Positions 17,351-27,783 of a DNA stretch of 32,000 nt are shown piece after piece. Source of the DNA: Methanothermobacter marburgensis str. Marburg (GTDB lineage: Archaea > Methanobacteriota > Methanobacteria > Methanobacteriales > Methanothermobacteraceae); contig NC_014408.1 of the NCBI RefSeq assembly GCF_000145295.1, positions 450,001-482,000 on the forward strand, given 5' to 3'. Below the pieces are notes generated by a model that was not told the DNA's origin, ran no database searches, and worked only from the letters and a program-made list of their open reading frames with translations. The first letter of the stretch is position 1. Each line of letters opens with the position of its first letter. Position numbers and translations under genes: made by a program.

Positions 17351-18115
17351 ATGAAGATCAAGGTTTATTCCCTAGAAGGTGAAGCCATAGATGAAATGGA
17401 ACTTCCTGAAATTTTCAATGAGGAGTTCAGGCCCGACGTGATAAAGAGGGCCGTTCTATCAGCACAGACCGCGAGGGTACAGCCATGGGGTCCAGACCCA
17501 ATGGCAGGTAAAAGGACCTCTGCCAAGTCCTATGGTGCCGGGCGCGGTGTTGCAATGGTTCCACGTATAAAGAATGGTTCAAGGGCAGCCTTCGTTCCCC
17601 AGGCAGTTGGCGGTAGAAGGGCCCACCCACCGAGGCCACAGAAGAACTACCATGAGAGGATAAACAGAAAGGAAAGGAGACTGGCAATAAGGTCCGCCGT
17701 TGCAGCAACAGCCATGAGGGACCTTGTGGAGGCAAGGGGTCACCGGATAGAGAATGTACCCCAGGTGCCCCTGGTGGTTGACGATGAACTCTCCAGAATC
17801 AAAAGGACAGCAGATACAAGGGAAGTCTTCAGGAAACTTGGAATCATGGACGACATCGTGAGGGCAAAGGAAGGTAAAAAGATAAGAGCTGGAAAGGGAA
17901 AGATGAGGGGAAGGAAGTACAGGACACCCAAAGGTCCGCTCATAGTTGTTGGTGATGATAAAGGTATTGCGCTGGGCGCAAGAAACCACCCTGGCGTGGA
18001 CGTTGTTACAGTGGAAAACCTCAACGCGGAACTCCTCGCACCTGGAACCCACCCTGGAAGACTGACCGTCTTTACAAGATCAGCAATAGAAAAACTTGAG
18101 GGACTCTTTCAGTAA
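17351..18115 (+). CDS. rpl4: 50S ribosomal protein L4 (uL4)
   Basis: 254 aa. [19 protein letters not shown] and GGRRAHPP motifs. Position after L3. Confidence 0.96.
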   Translation: MKIKVYSLEGEAIDEMELPEIFNEEFRPDVIKRAVLSAQTARVQPWGPDPMAGKRTSAKSYGAGRGVAMVPRIKNGSRAAFVPQAVGGRRAHPPRPQKNYHERINRKERRLAIRSAVAATAMRDLVEARGHRIENVPQVPLVVDDELSRIKRTADTREVFRKLGIMDDIVRAKEGKKIRAGKGKMRGRKYRTPKGPLIVVGDDKGIALGARNHPGVDVVTVENLNAELLAPGTHPGRLTVFTRSAIEKLEGLFQ

Positions 18116-18137
18116 AAATTAAGGTGACGGTGTAATT

Positions 18138-18398
18138 ATGGATCCATATGCTGTTATCATGAAGCCACATGTCACAGAAAAGAGCATGAACCTTATAGAC
18201 CAGAACAACGAGCTGGCATTTGTGGTTATGAGAAAAAGCACAAAAAAGGATGTTAGAAGGGCATTCGAGGAACTCTTTGCAGTTAAGGTTGAGAGGGTTA
18301 ACACCCAGGTAACCCCAGGGGGTCAGAAGATTGCCTACATAAAACTGGCAAAGGAACACAGTGCAGAGGATATAGCTGTTAAACTGGGAGTATTCTAA
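18138..18398 (+). CDS. rpl23: 50S ribosomal protein L23 (uL23)
   Basis: 86 aa. MDPYAVIMKPHVTEKSMNLID... is typical of L23. Operon position. Confidence 0.96.
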   Translation: MDPYAVIMKPHVTEKSMNLIDQNNELAFVVMRKSTKKDVRRAFEELFAVKVERVNTQVTPGGQKIAYIKLAKEHSAEDIAVKLGVF

Positions 18399-18420
18399 AG
18401 ATAATGAGGAGGATATTCAG

Positions 18421-19146
18421 ATGGGAAAAAGGTTAATATCACAGAGGAGAGGAAGGGGAACTCCCACTTACAGAAGTGCATCCCACCGCTTCAAGGGCAA
18501 AATAAAATACCGTGCATACGACTCCCTTGAAAGTGACGGATGTCTCAGGGGAAAGGTCGTTGACATAATGCACGACCCTGGAAGGACAGCCCCTGTTGCC
18601 CTTGTGAAATTTGAAAACGGTGAGAAGAACCTCATCCTCGCACCTGAGGCTTTAATGCTTGACGAAGAGATTGAGTGCGGGGCAAAGGCAAAGGTCAAAC
18701 CTGGAAACTCACTCCCACTCAGTGAAATTCCAGAGGGGACACCCATATACAACATTGAAAACAGACCCGGAGACGGAGGCAAACTGGTGAGGTCCTCCGG
18801 TACCTACGCTTCTCTAATCACCCATGATGCTGACAAGGCGGTTATTGAACTCCCATCAGGTGAACTCAAGGCACTCAACCCACAGTGCCGTGCAACCGTC
18901 GGTGTCGTTGCTGGAGGAGGAAGAAGGGAGAAACCATTCCTCAAGGCAGGTAAGAAGTACCATGCCCTTAGGGCCAAGGGTAAGAAGTCAGTTACAGTCA
19001 GGGGTGTTGCAATGAACGCAGTCGACCACCCACACGGTGGTGGAAACAGACAGCACCCAGGTAGGCCAACAACTGTCTCAAGGCATGCTCCTCCAGGAAG
19101 GAAGGTTGGTTCAATAGCTGCCAGAAGAACAGGGAAAAGGAGATAA
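18421..19146 (+). CDS. rpl2: 50S ribosomal protein L2 (uL2)
   Basis: 241 aa. [20 protein letters not shown]-terminus and [14 protein letters not shown] signature. Confidence 0.97.
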   Translation: MGKRLISQRRGRGTPTYRSASHRFKGKIKYRAYDSLESDGCLRGKVVDIMHDPGRTAPVALVKFENGEKNLILAPEALMLDEEIECGAKAKVKPGNSLPLSEIPEGTPIYNIENRPGDGGKLVRSSGTYASLITHDADKAVIELPSGELKALNPQCRATVGVVAGGGRREKPFLKAGKKYHALRAKGKKSVTVRGVAMNAVDHPHGGGNRQHPGRPTTVSRHAPPGRKVGSIAARRTGKRR

Positions 19147-19163
19147 AAGAAGGAGGTGACCTA

Positions 19164-19574
19164 TTGGCACGTAAAGAATTTAGGTATCGCGGCTACACCT
19201 TGGAAGAACTGCAGGAGATGCCACTTGACGATGTAATCAAGTTGTTCCCATCAAGGCAGAGAAGATCCCTCAAGAGGGGATTCCTACCAAGGCAGAAGAA
19301 GGTACTTGAGAAGATAAGGAAGATAAAAAAAGAGGGAAAAACTGAGGGAAGACCACCGGTCATCAGGACACACTGCAGGGACATGATAGTGCTGCCTGAG
19401 ATGGTTGGGATGACCTTCGGCATCCACAACGGAACCGAATTTGTGGAGGTCACAATCCAGCCAGAAATGATCGGCTGCTACTTCGGCGAATTTGCACCCA
19501 CAAGGAAGAAGGTTGAGCACGGAGATCCCGGTATGGGAGCTACAAGATCCTCAATGTTCGTGCCTCTTAAATAA
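19164..19574 (+). CDS. rps19: 30S ribosomal protein S19 (uS19)
   Basis: 136 aa, TTG start 6 nt after [23 protein letters not shown] and [10 protein letters not shown] motifs. Confidence 0.95.
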   Translation: MARKEFRYRGYTLEELQEMPLDDVIKLFPSRQRRSLKRGFLPRQKKVLEKIRKIKKEGKTEGRPPVIRTHCRDMIVLPEMVGMTFGIHNGTEFVEVTIQPEMIGCYFGEFAPTRKKVEHGDPGMGATRSSMFVPLK

Positions 19575-19586
19575 GGAGACTAGACA

Positions 19587-20048
19587 ATGGCTAAGGTTAA
19601 ATACGCTTATAAAGAGGAAGACAGGTCAAAAACAGCCAGGGCTTCAGCGACTCACCTCAAAATTTCACCAAAGCACGCTGTGGAGATATGCGGGGAGATC
19701 CGGGGAATGGAACTCGAGAAGGCCAAAAGATACCTTGAAGAGGTTATCAGGATGGAGAGGCCGGTGGCATTCAAGAGATACAACCGGAAGGTCGGGCACA
19801 GGAGGGGCCTCAGCGGATGGGCCAGCGGCCGTTACCCTGTTAAGGCAGCAGGTCAGATACTGAAGGTCCTTGAAAATGCCGAGGCCAACGCAGAGTACAA
19901 GGGACTCGACACCGAGAAACTCAGAATAGTCCACATATCCAGCCACCGCGGGCCAGTTATAAGGGGCTGGATTCCAAGGGCCTTTGGAAGGGCCACACCA
20001 TTCAACACACCAACAACACACGTTCAGATAGTTCTGGGGGAGGCATAG
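19587..20048 (+). CDS. rpl22: 50S ribosomal protein L22 (uL22)
   Basis: 153 aa. [24 protein letters not shown] and a C-terminal THVQIVL-type ending. Operon position. Confidence 0.95.
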   Translation: MAKVKYAYKEEDRSKTARASATHLKISPKHAVEICGEIRGMELEKAKRYLEEVIRMERPVAFKRYNRKVGHRRGLSGWASGRYPVKAAGQILKVLENAEANAEYKGLDTEKLRIVHISSHRGPVIRGWIPRAFGRATPFNTPTTHVQIVLGEA

Positions 20049-20051
20049 ATT

Positions 20052-20879
20052 TTGATAGAGAAAGATTTTGTCGTTGAAGGGCTCAGAAGGACAAGGATAG
20101 ACGAATACCTTGAAAAGGAACTTGAAAGGGCAGGCTACGGTGGCATGGATGTTCAGGTCACCCCTATGGGTACAATGGTTGTCGTTTACGCTGAAAGGCC
20201 AGGTATGGTAATTGGACGTGGCGGTAAGACTGTGAGGGCAATTACCCAGAAACTCAAAAGCAAGTTCAACCTTGAAAACCCCCAGGTTGAGGTCAAGGAG
20301 GTTGATGTGCCTGAACTCAACCCCCGCATAATGGCCCACAAGATAGCCGCCATGCTCCAGAGGGGCATGCACTTCAGGAGGGTTGCATACACCACAATGA
20401 GGAGGATCATGGCTGCAGGTGCCCAGGGTGTTGAGGTTACCATCTCAGGTAAGATAAGGGGTGCCCGTTCAGCCACAGCCAAATTCACAGACGGCTACAT
20501 AAAGAAGTGCGGCGAACCCTCAACCAAACACGTCAAGGAAGGATTCGCAACAGTGCAGCTCAAACCAGGTGTTCTGGGGGTATACGTCCGCATAATGCCT
20601 CCCGAGGTTGTACTTCCAGACAAGGTTGAAATAGAGGCTCCTAAAGTAACTGAAACTCCCTCAGAAGAACCTGCAGAACAGGTTGAAGCTGTTGAGGAGA
20701 TTGAGGATCTTGAAGAGGTCGAGGATCTCGAGGAGCTAGAGGAGATTGAGGATCTTGAGGATCTTGAGGATCTTGAGGAGATTGAGGATCTTGAGGAGGT
20801 CGAGGACCTCGAGGAAGACCTTGAATCAGCGGAAGAAACAGAGAAAGAGGACACAGATGGTGAAGAATCTGAAAAGTAA
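20052..20879 (+). CDS. rps3: 30S ribosomal protein S3 (uS3) with a long acidic tandem-repeat C-terminal extension
   Basis: 275 aa. KH-domain GRGGKTVRAITQKL and TISGKIRGARSA. The C-terminal 70 aa or so are Glu/Asp/Leu repeats (EIEDLEEVEDLEE...). Confidence 0.95.
   Translation: MIEKDFVVEGLRRTRIDEYLEKELERAGYGGMDVQVTPMGTMVVVYAERPGMVIGRGGKTVRAITQKLKSKFNLENPQVEVKEVDVPELNPRIMAHKIAAMLQRGMHFRRVAYTTMRRIMAAGAQGVEVTISGKIRGARSATAKFTDGYIKKCGEPSTKHVKEGFATVQLKPGVLGVYVRIMPPEVVLPDKVEIEAPKVTETPSEEPAEQVEAVEEIEDLEEVEDLEELEEIEDLEDLEDLEEIEDLEEVEDLEEDLESAEETEKEDTDGEESEK
20694..20825 (+). repeat. In-frame GAG/GAT/CTT-based tandem repeats encoding the (E/D)-L-E acidic tail of S3
   Basis: Read directly: repeated gaggatcttgag units. 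A 42-bp block at 20694-20735 recurs at 20775-20816, an offset of 81 bp (27 codons), with 3 substitutions. Confidence 0.9.
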
Positions 20880-20925
20880 TATATATGGACAGATTCATAT
20901 CAGTGAATAATAGAAAGGGATTGAA

Positions 20926-21120
20926 ATGGCGATACTTAGGAGCGAAGAGATAAGGGAAATGGATAGGGAGGAACTCCAGAAGAAGCTGGATGAACTCAAG
21001 GCAGAATACGCCAGATACATTTCCAAGAGCGCTGCTGCCGGGATCCATGAAAACCCTGGCAAGATGAGGGAAATCCGAAGAACAATAGCCCGTGTTCTCA
21101 CCATCATGAATGAAAAATAG
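20926..21120 (+). CDS. rpl29: 50S ribosomal protein L29 (uL29)
   Basis: 64 aa. MAILRSEEIREMDREELQKKLDELKAE is typical of L29. Confidence 0.95.
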   Translation: MAILRSEEIREMDREELQKKLDELKAEYARYISKSAAAGIHENPGKMREIRRTIARVLTIMNEK

Positions 21121-21132
21121 AAGGAGAAATAA

Positions 21133-21438
21133 ATGAAAATCTGCGATGTTTGCGGTCTTCCGGAGGAACTTTGCGTCTGTGAGGAAATAGCACGCGAAGT
21201 TCAGACATTAAAGGTATACACAGTGAGGCGAAGATTCGGTAAAGTGATGACCATCATAGAGGGCATCGATGAACACGATATTGACATAAAGGAGCTCACA
21301 AAGATACTGAAGGCAAGATGTGCCTGTGGAGGTACTGCCAAGAAAGGCCAGATAGAACTTCAGGGGGACCATAAGAAGAAGGTCAAGGAAGTTCTAGCGG
21401 ATATGGGCTTTTCATCAGACACGATAGAGATAAGGTAG
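21133..21438 (+). CDS. Translation initiation factor aSUI1 (eIF1 homologue)
   Basis: 101 aa. N-terminal CDVCG...CVC zinc knuckle followed by the SUI1 fold ([14 protein letters not shown]...ELQGDH). Confidence 0.93.
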   Translation: MKICDVCGLPEELCVCEEIAREVQTLKVYTVRRRFGKVMTIIEGIDEHDIDIKELTKILKARCACGGTAKKGQIELQGDHKKKVKEVLADMGFSSDTIEIR

Positions 21439-21447
21439 GGGTTTACA

Positions 21448-21729
21448 TTGATAACCCCCCGTAACATTTTCAGACATGAGCTTATTGGCCTTTCTGTGAG
21501 AATAGCCAGGAGTGTTCACAGGGACATTCAGGGAATATCGGGAAGAGTCGTGGATGAAACCAGGAACACCCTTAAAATTGAACTGGAGGATGGCAGGGAG
21601 ATAACGGTTCCAAAGGGAATAGCCGTCTTCCATTTCAGAACACCAGAGGGTGAAGTGGTTGAGATTGATGGTGGAGCTCTGGTAGCTCGTCCTGAGGAGA
21701 GAATAAAGAAGAAATTTAGAAAACCATAG
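21448..21729 (+). CDS. rnp1: RNase P protein component 1 (Rpp29/Pop4 homologue)
   Basis: 93 aa, TTG start. [36 protein letters not shown] is the Sm-like Rpp29 core. From memory, the position between SUI1 and S17 matches M. thermautotrophicus Mth11. Confidence 0.92.
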
Positions 21730-21739
21730 TGGTGATAGA

Positions 21740-22060
21740 ATGGTCGGCATTGATGTTCCAGAACCTAAATCTAAATGTAGTGATCCTAACTGTCCTTTCC
21801 ACGGGGACCTCCCATTGAGGGGTCAGATACTGGAAGGAACTGTCGTCAGTGACAAGGCAGAAAGGACAGTAACCGTTGAAAGGAGTTTCTACAAATTTAT
21901 ACGCAAATATGAGAGATACGAAAAGAGAAAATCCAAGATAAAGGCTCACAAACCTGACTGCATAGATGTCAGGGTAGGGGACACAGTGAAAATTGCTGAA
22001 TGCAGACCCCTCAGCAAGACTAAGAACTTTGTAGTGGTCGAGGTGAAGGGGGAAGAGTAA
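21740..22060 (+). CDS. rps17: 30S ribosomal protein S17 (uS17)
   Basis: 106 aa. [36 protein letters not shown] and [16 protein letters not shown]. Confidence 0.96.
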
Positions 22061-22061
22061 G

Positions 22062-22460
22062 ATGAAGGCAATAGCATCCAAGGTTACAAGGGCTTTACCT
22101 GTAGGGGCCAGACTTCAGTGTGTTGACAACACAGGCGCAAGGGAAGTTGAGATAATCTCTGTCAGAGGATACAAGGGTGTTCGCAGGAGACTCGCAGCAG
22201 CCGGTGTTGGCGACATGGTCGTGGTCTCTGTGAAGAAGGGAACAGTGGACATGAGGAGGGAAGTCCTCAACGCTGTTGTTGTGAGACAGAAAAAGGAATA
22301 CAGAAGACCTGACGGATTGAGGGTGAAATTCGAGGATAACGCTGCAGTTATAGTGAGCCCAGAGGGAGTCCTCAAGGGTTCAGAGATAAGGGGTCCTGTT
22401 GCAAAGGAAGCAGCCGACAGGTGGCCCAGCGTGGGAAGTGCAGCCAGCATAATAGTATAG
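22062..22460 (+). CDS. rpl14: 50S ribosomal protein L14 (uL14)
   Basis: 132 aa. [17 protein letters not shown] and [23 protein letters not shown]. Confidence 0.97.
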   Translation: MKAIASKVTRALPVGARLQCVDNTGAREVEIISVRGYKGVRRRLAAAGVGDMVVVSVKKGTVDMRREVLNAVVVRQKKEYRRPDGLRVKFEDNAAVIVSPEGVLKGSEIRGPVAKEAADRWPSVGSAASIIV

Positions 22461-22469
22461 GGTGATAGA

Positions 22470-22823
22470 ATGTCAAAACAACCCAGAAAGCAGAGGAAAT
22501 ACATTTATGAAGCACCATTACACGCTCGTCGCAAAATGATGAGCGCAGCCCTAAGCAGGGAACTCAGGGAGGAATACGGTAGAAGGTCCCTGCCAGTGAG
22601 GAAGGGAGATAAGGTTGAGGTTCTCCGCGGTGACTTCAAGGGACATGAGGGTAAGGTCGAGAAGGTGGACCTCAAGAGGTACAGGGTCTACGTTGAGGGC
22701 GCCACAATACAGAAGGTGGATGGGACCTCAGTTTACTTCCCGATACACCCCTCAAACATCAGAATAATTGACCTCAACCTTGACGATGAGAAGAGAATGA
22801 AAATATTAGAACGGAAGGGATAA
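22470..22823 (+). CDS. rpl24: 50S ribosomal protein L24 (uL24)
   Basis: 117 aa. KOW motif [21 protein letters not shown]. Confidence 0.96.
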   Translation: MSKQPRKQRKYIYEAPLHARRKMMSAALSRELREEYGRRSLPVRKGDKVEVLRGDFKGHEGKVEKVDLKRYRVYVEGATIQKVDGTSVYFPIHPSNIRIIDLNLDDEKRMKILERKG

Positions 22824-22825
22824 AC

Positions 22826-23554
22826 ATGGCGATAATGGCATCAAGAAAGCACCTTAAACGTTTCAGATCACCAAGTCACTGGCCCATTCATCCCAAGGAA
22901 TACAAGTGGACCGTAAAGCCATCCCCGGGTCCCCATGCAATTGAGGCATCATTACCTCTGATGATTATTGTGAGGGACATCCTTGGGGTTGCAGACAATG
23001 CAAGGGAAGCCAGGAAGATCATAAACAGTGGTGAGGTCCTGGTGGACGGAAGGCCAAGGAAGAACTACAAATTCCCTGTTGGGTTCATGGACGTTGTGAG
23101 CATACCCCGCACAGGTGAGGTCTACAGGGTTCTCCCTGATGAAAGGGGAAGGCTGGTCTTACATCCCATTGGTGAGGAGAACGCGGGCTTCAAGCTCTGC
23201 AAGATAGTTAACAAGACAACCATCAGGGGCGGGAAAACCCAGCTCAACCTCCATGACGGCCGCAACTACCTCTCAGAGGACGAGTTCCGCGTGGGGGATG
23301 TTGTGAAGCTGGCGGTGCCTGAACAGGAAATCCTTGAGAGGATACCCTTTGAGAAGGGCAGCCTTGGCCTTGTAACAGGGGGCCGCCACACAGGTGAAAT
23401 TGGAAGAATCAAGAAGATAAACATAACCAGGTCATCAATGCCAAACACAGCGGTCATTGAGACCGAAGCAGGGAAGACATTCCTCACACTCAAGGATTAC
23501 GTGTTTGTCATTGGAAAGGACGAGTCAGTGATCTCACTTCCAGGAGGTAAATAG
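22826..23554 (+). CDS. rps4e: 30S ribosomal protein S4e (eS4)
   Basis: 242 aa. [16 protein letters not shown]4 RNA-binding-like and KOW-like regions. Operon position. Confidence 0.96.
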   Translation: MAIMASRKHLKRFRSPSHWPIHPKEYKWTVKPSPGPHAIEASLPLMIIVRDILGVADNAREARKIINSGEVLVDGRPRKNYKFPVGFMDVVSIPRTGEVYRVLPDERGRLVLHPIGEENAGFKLCKIVNKTTIRGGKTQLNLHDGRNYLSEDEFRVGDVVKLAVPEQEILERIPFEKGSLGLVTGGRHTGEIGRIKKINITRSSMPNTAVIETEAGKTFLTLKDYVFVIGKDESVISLPGGK

Positions 23555-24061
23555 ATGAACCCCATGGAGGAAGTAAGGATATTCAAGGTCACCCTTAACA
23601 TAGGTGTCGGTGAAGGGGGTGAAAGGCTTGCAAGGGCTGAAAGGCTTCTTGAGGAGATGACAGGCCAGAAGCCTGTGAGGACCCACTCAAAGGTCACAAA
23701 CCCCGAGTTTGGTATAAGGAAAAAGCAGCCCATCGCATGCAAGGTCACCCTCCGCGGTGAAAGGGCCGAAAAGGTACTCAGAATGTTCCTTGAGGGAATA
23801 GGGAACAGATTGAAGGCCAGCCAGTTTGATGAGTACGGCAATGTTTCAATGGGTATCGAGGAACACATCGACATACCTGGAATGAAGTACGACCCTGAGA
23901 TAGGGATATTCGGTATGAACCTTTCTGTAACCTTTGAGAAGCCGGGTCACAGGATAAGCAGACGAAGGATACAGCGCAAAAAGGTTCCTGAAAAGCACAG
24001 GGTCAGCCGTGAAGAGGCAATTGACTTCATGAAGGAAAAATTCCAGGTTAAAATAGTCTGA
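23555..24061 (+). CDS. rpl5: 50S ribosomal protein L5 (uL5)
   Basis: 168 aa. [17 protein letters not shown] and [17 protein letters not shown]. Confidence 0.96.
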   Translation: MNPMEEVRIFKVTLNIGVGEGGERLARAERLLEEMTGQKPVRTHSKVTNPEFGIRKKQPIACKVTLRGERAEKVLRMFLEGIGNRLKASQFDEYGNVSMGIEEHIDIPGMKYDPEIGIFGMNLSVTFEKPGHRISRRRIQRKKVPEKHRVSREEAIDFMKEKFQVKIV

Positions 24062-24072
24062 AGGTGATTGTT

Positions 24073-24216
24073 TTGCCAAGGAAATATGGAAAGGCATCAA
24101 GGAAATGCTCAAGATGCGGGGATCACTCTGCCCTGGTCAGAAGATATGGATTAATGCTCTGCAGGCAGTGCTTCAGGGAACTCGCACCTAAAATCGGGTT
24201 TAAAAAGTACAACTGA
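24073..24216 (+). CDS. rps14: 30S ribosomal protein S14 (uS14, zinc-binding type Z)
   Basis: Absent from the ORF track because it is under 60 aa; translated by eye. TTG 24073 (the GTG at 24064 is also in frame), 6 nt after AGGTGA, gives (M)[46 protein letters not shown], with the CxxC...CxxC pair and the expected position between L5 and S8. Confidence 0.92.
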   Translation: MPRKYGKASRKCSRCGDHSALVRRYGLMLCRQCFRELAPKIGFKKYN

Positions 24217-24230
24217 AAGAGGTGTTTACT

Positions 24231-24623
24231 GTGACTCTTATGGATCCTCTCGCAAACGCCCTGACCAACATAAGGAACAATGAGATAAGGGGTAATGTCA
24301 AGTGCAGGATAACCCCTGCATCAAAGCTCATAGGGCGTGTGCTGAGAACAATGCAGAAGGAAGGCTACATCGGGGAATTTGAATACGTTGATGACGGCAG
24401 GGCCGGAAAATTCATCGTTGAACTTGAGGGAAACATAAACCAGTGTGGGGTTATAAAACCCAGACACGCTGTTAAGAAGGACGAATTCGAAAAATTTGAG
24501 AAAAGATATCTGCCAGCTAAGAACTTCGGGATAATAATCGTATCAACCCCTGAGGGAATAATGACCCATAAAGAGGCCAAGGACAGGGGTATCGGCGGTA
24601 GACTGCTGGCTTACGTCTACTAG
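24231..24623 (+). CDS. rps8: 30S ribosomal protein S8 (uS8)
   Basis: The GTG at 24231 ([18 protein letters not shown]...) follows AGAGGTG (24218-24224). The track start GTG at 24222 and the ATG at 24240 are alternatives. C-terminal GGRLLAYVY. Confidence 0.93.
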   Translation: MTLMDPLANALTNIRNNEIRGNVKCRITPASKLIGRVLRTMQKEGYIGEFEYVDDGRAGKFIVELEGNINQCGVIKPRHAVKKDEFEKFEKRYLPAKNFGIIIVSTPEGIMTHKEAKDRGIGGRLLAYVY

Positions 24624-24631
24624 GTGATAAC

Positions 24632-25165
24632 ATGGTTCTAGCAGCTATGATCCGGGAAGAAATACCCATCCCTGAGGATGTTAACGTCACCATCGATGGT
24701 GAAGTTACGGTTAAGGGTCCAAAGGGTGAACTCTCCCGAAAATTTAACCACTCAGAGATATCAATGGCCGTTGAGGACGATAAGGTGGTCCTTGAGGTTA
24801 AATTCCCAAAGAAAAAGGACAAGGCAATGATAGGGACAGTTAAGGCCCATATAAACAACATGATAAGGGGCGTCACCGAGGGATTCACCTACCGCATGAA
24901 GATAGTGTACGCCCACTTTCCAATGAGTGTGAAGGTGGCAGGGGATAAGGTTTTAATAGAGAACTTCCTCGGGGAACGCCACCCAAGGACTGCAAAGATA
25001 GTGGGAGATACAAAGGTCCAGGTAAAGGGCGACGAGGTTGAAGTAACAGGCATCAACAAGGAACACGTGGGACAGACAATGGCGAACCTTGAACAGGCCA
25101 CCAAGATTAAGGGAAGGGACCCAAGGGTTTTCCAGGACGGCATATACCTTGTGAGCAAGGAATAG
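24632..25165 (+). CDS. rpl6: 50S ribosomal protein L6 (uL6)
   Basis: 177 aa. [20 protein letters not shown] and [10 protein letters not shown]. Confidence 0.96.
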   Translation: MVLAAMIREEIPIPEDVNVTIDGEVTVKGPKGELSRKFNHSEISMAVEDDKVVLEVKFPKKKDKAMIGTVKAHINNMIRGVTEGFTYRMKIVYAHFPMSVKVAGDKVLIENFLGERHPRTAKIVGDTKVQVKGDEVEVTGINKEHVGQTMANLEQATKIKGRDPRVFQDGIYLVSKE

Positions 25166-25178
25166 GGATGGTGATTCG

Positions 25179-25505
25179 ATGAGGAAAAAATTTAAACGAC
25201 AGGAATACGCCCGATACAAAAAACTGGGGGAAAAATGGAGGAGGCCCAGGGGTAAAACAAGTAAAATGAGAAAATATGAAAAGGGCAAACCTGCAATGCC
25301 TGCGATTGGCTACAGGAAGCCAAGGGACCAGAGGGGTCTCCACCCATCAGGATATGAGGACATCCTTGTTTCCAGCATGAGGGAACTTGAGGAACTGGAC
25401 CCTGAAAAACAGGCTGCAAGGATAGCATCAACTGTGGGTGCCAGGAAGAAGACACTCATGCTTGAAAAGGCAAGGGAACTTGGCATAAAAGTTCTGAATC
25501 CATAA
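25179..25505 (+). CDS. rpl32e: 50S ribosomal protein L32e (eL32)
   Basis: 108 aa. [27 protein letters not shown] and [16 protein letters not shown]. Confidence 0.95.
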   Translation: MRKKFKRQEYARYKKLGEKWRRPRGKTSKMRKYEKGKPAMPAIGYRKPRDQRGLHPSGYEDILVSSMRELEELDPEKQAARIASTVGARKKTLMLEKARELGIKVLNP

Positions 25506-25613
25506 TATGGGGCTGGAAGGGGTCTTATTTTCCAGTCCAGGGAAAACACTTTAAGGGGATGCCCGATTTTTCGGGTCTATCAGCAAATTGCTGAACACAA
25601 GGAGGTTTCTTGA

Positions 25614-26060
25614 ATGAATCTTACTACTCAGAAAAGATTAGCTGCAGACATACTGAAAGTAGGGGTTAACAGGATATGGATTGACCCTGAGAGGATCGAT
25701 GAGGTCTCAAGGGCAATAACCAGGGACGGTGTAAAGCAGCTAATAAAGGACGGCGCAATAAAGGCTAAACCAAAAAAGGGCATAAGCAGTTACAGGTCAA
25801 AAAAGATAGCCCAGCAAAAAAAGAAGGGAAGAAGAAGAGGACCTGGAAGCATAAAAGGTGCTAAGGGCGCCAGAAAACCAAGGAAAGAGGAATGGATGAC
25901 CACGATAAGGGCTCTGAGGAAGGACCTCAGGGAGATGAGGGACAACCGTGAAATAAACAAGAGCACCTATCGTAAACTCTACAAGATGGCAAAGGGCGGA
26001 GCCTTCAAGAGCAAATCTTACATGAAAACCTATGCCCGGGACCACGACATGCTCAGGTAG
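25614..26060 (+). CDS. rpl19e: 50S ribosomal protein L19e (eL19)
   Basis: 148 aa. LTTQKRLAADILKVGVNRIWIDPE and a basic KKKGRRRGPGS stretch. AAGGAGGT SD at 25599-25606. Confidence 0.96.
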   Translation: MNLTTQKRLAADILKVGVNRIWIDPERIDEVSRAITRDGVKQLIKDGAIKAKPKKGISSYRSKKIAQQKKKGRRRGPGSIKGAKGARKPRKEEWMTTIRALRKDLREMRDNREINKSTYRKLYKMAKGGAFKSKSYMKTYARDHDMLR

Positions 26061-26071
26061 GAGGGATCTGA

Positions 26072-26650
26072 TTGGCACATGGACCAAGATACAAGATGGC
26101 ATTTAGAAGACGAAGGGAAGGTAAAACTGATTACCGGGCCCGCTATAAGATGGTGGAAACAGGCAAATCCAGGCTTGTTGTCAGAATAACCACGTATCAT
26201 GTTATTGCACAGATAATCAACGTGGGAATGGATGGGGACGAAACACTGGTCTCAGCCCACTCAAAGCAGCTCCAGAAAATGGGATGGCTTGGAGGCACAA
26301 GCAATACAGCAGCAGCATACCTGACAGGATACCTCTGCGGTAAAAGGGCTCTGAAGGCAGGTATAGAGGAAGCTGTCCTTGACATAGGACTCAGACCTGC
26401 CATAAGGGGTTCAAAGGTATTCGCAGCACTTAAAGGGGCTGTTGACGCAGGGCTCAAAGTACCACACGGTGAATCAGTACTTCCCGACGAATCAAGGATA
26501 AGGGGCGAGCACATAAAGGAATATGCAGAATCCCTTGACGAGGAAGAACGCAAGAAGAGGTTTTCAAGGTACCTTGAAAGGGGTCTTTCCCCTGAGGACC
26601 TGCCTGAACACTTTGAAGAAATAAAAAACAGGATAGATGAAGAGGTATGA
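26072..26650 (+). CDS. rpl18: 50S ribosomal protein L18 (uL18)
   Basis: 192 aa, TTG start. [24 protein letters not shown] is the archaeal L18 N-terminus. Confidence 0.95.
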   Translation: MAHGPRYKMAFRRRREGKTDYRARYKMVETGKSRLVVRITTYHVIAQIINVGMDGDETLVSAHSKQLQKMGWLGGTSNTAAAYLTGYLCGKRALKAGIEEAVLDIGLRPAIRGSKVFAALKGAVDAGLKVPHGESVLPDESRIRGEHIKEYAESLDEEERKKRFSRYLERGLSPEDLPEHFEEIKNRIDEEV

Positions 26651-27297
26651 TTATGAACTTCAACATGGAGGAATGGGAGCCAAGGACCAACCTTGGACGC
26701 CTTGTGAAGGAGGGTGTCATAACAAGTATCGATGAGATCTTTGAAGAGGGACACCCAATAATGGAACTTGAGATAATCGATGCACTGCTTCCTGACCTCG
26801 AGGAGGAGGTCATTGACGTTAACCTTGTCCAGAGGATGCACAAATCAGGAAGGAAGGTCAACTTCAGGGTCATAGTTGCAGTGGGCAACAAGGACGGATA
26901 CGTTGGACTCGGACAGGGCAAGGCCAGAGAGGTTGGACCTGCAATCAGGAAGGCAGTTGACGATGCAAAATTCAACCTTATAAAGGTCAGGAGAGGCTGC
27001 GGTGACTGGGGATGTGTCTGTGGAAGGGAACACACGGTACCCTTCAAGGTCTCAGGCAAGAGTGGAAGTGTCCGCGTAACCCTCATACCAGCACCGGGTG
27101 GTGTTGGACTTGCAATAGGTGACGTTGGCAAGACCATAATGAGGCTTGCAGGTATAGATGATGTATGGTCACATACACGTGGACAGACACAGACCACAGT
27201 CAACTTTGCCAGGGCAACCTTCGATGCCCTCAAACAGCTGAGCAAGGTAAAGGCAAGCGAAAAGGACCTTAAAAACCTGGGTGTTTGCAGTACCTGA
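26647..27297 (+). CDS. rps5: 30S ribosomal protein S5 (uS5)
   Basis: 216 aa (the ATG at 26653 is an alternative start). [24 protein letters not shown] and [19 protein letters not shown]. Confidence 0.95.
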   Translation: MIMNFNMEEWEPRTNLGRLVKEGVITSIDEIFEEGHPIMELEIIDALLPDLEEEVIDVNLVQRMHKSGRKVNFRVIVAVGNKDGYVGLGQGKAREVGPAIRKAVDDAKFNLIKVRRGCGDWGCVCGREHTVPFKVSGKSGSVRVTLIPAPGGVGLAIGDVGKTIMRLAGIDDVWSHTRGQTQTTVNFARATFDALKQLSKVKASEKDLKNLGVCST

Positions 27298-27309
27298 AGG
27301 TGATTTCAG

Positions 27310-27768
27310 ATGTTCGCAGTAGTAAGGGTAAGGGGATCAGCGGGTGTCCGAAGGGACATAGCTGACACCATGGAGATGTTAAGACTCAACAGGATAAACC
27401 ACGCAGTACTGGTTGAGGACACACCCAGCCACCTTGGCATGCTCCAGAAGGCCAAGGACTACATAACCTGGGGTGAAATTGACCAGGAAACCCTGACAGC
27501 CATGATAGCCAAGAGGGCAAGAATCATCGGAGGGGAAAGGTTAACCGATGAATACATAAAGGAAAACACAGAGTATGATTCAGTGGAAGAATTTGCAGGG
27601 GCTGTCTTCAGGGGTGAGGTTAAACTTGAGGACGCAGGAATAAAACCTGTGTTCAGGTTACACCCCCCGAGAAAGGGATATGAGGCCATAAAAAAGGCCT
27701 TCAATGAGGGCGGAAGCCTCGGATACCGTGGCGAGAAGATAAATGACCTCTTGAAGAGGATGATCTAA
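27310..27768 (+). CDS. rpl30: 50S ribosomal protein L30 (uL30)
   Basis: 152 aa. [31 protein letters not shown]. Confidence 0.95.
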   Translation: MFAVVRVRGSAGVRRDIADTMEMLRLNRINHAVLVEDTPSHLGMLQKAKDYITWGEIDQETLTAMIAKRARIIGGERLTDEYIKENTEYDSVEEFAGAVFRGEVKLEDAGIKPVFRLHPPRKGYEAIKKAFNEGGSLGYRGEKINDLLKRMI

Positions 27769-27783
27769 GCGGAGGAATTACTC

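Noticed and set aside
19665-20372. 235-aa minus-strand ORF antisense to rpl22 and rps3
   Set aside because: It is entirely antisense to two unambiguous ribosomal protein genes. It has no SD or promoter, and its composition (Cys/His/Pro-rich) is odd. It looks like a typical shadow ORF.
20495-21048. Ser-rich (20495..20854) and Pro/Gln/Asp-rich repeat (20641..21048) minus-strand ORFs
   Set aside because: They are reverse-complement read-outs of the GAG/GAT/CTT repeats that encode the S3 acidic tail, so they are artefacts of the repeat.
25507-25554. 15-codon ORF (MGLEGVLFSSPGKTL) in the L32e-L19e spacer
   Set aside because: It has no SD, it overlaps the L32e stop region, and it is too short to support without conservation data. 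The spacer is better described by its inverted repeats.
26197-27245. Two long minus-strand ORFs (26197..26841 at 214 aa; 26454..27245 at 263 aa) antisense to rpl18 and rps5
   Set aside because: These are shadow ORFs of highly expressed, codon-biased genes. Their products are Ser/Pro/Leu-rich with no recognisable motifs.
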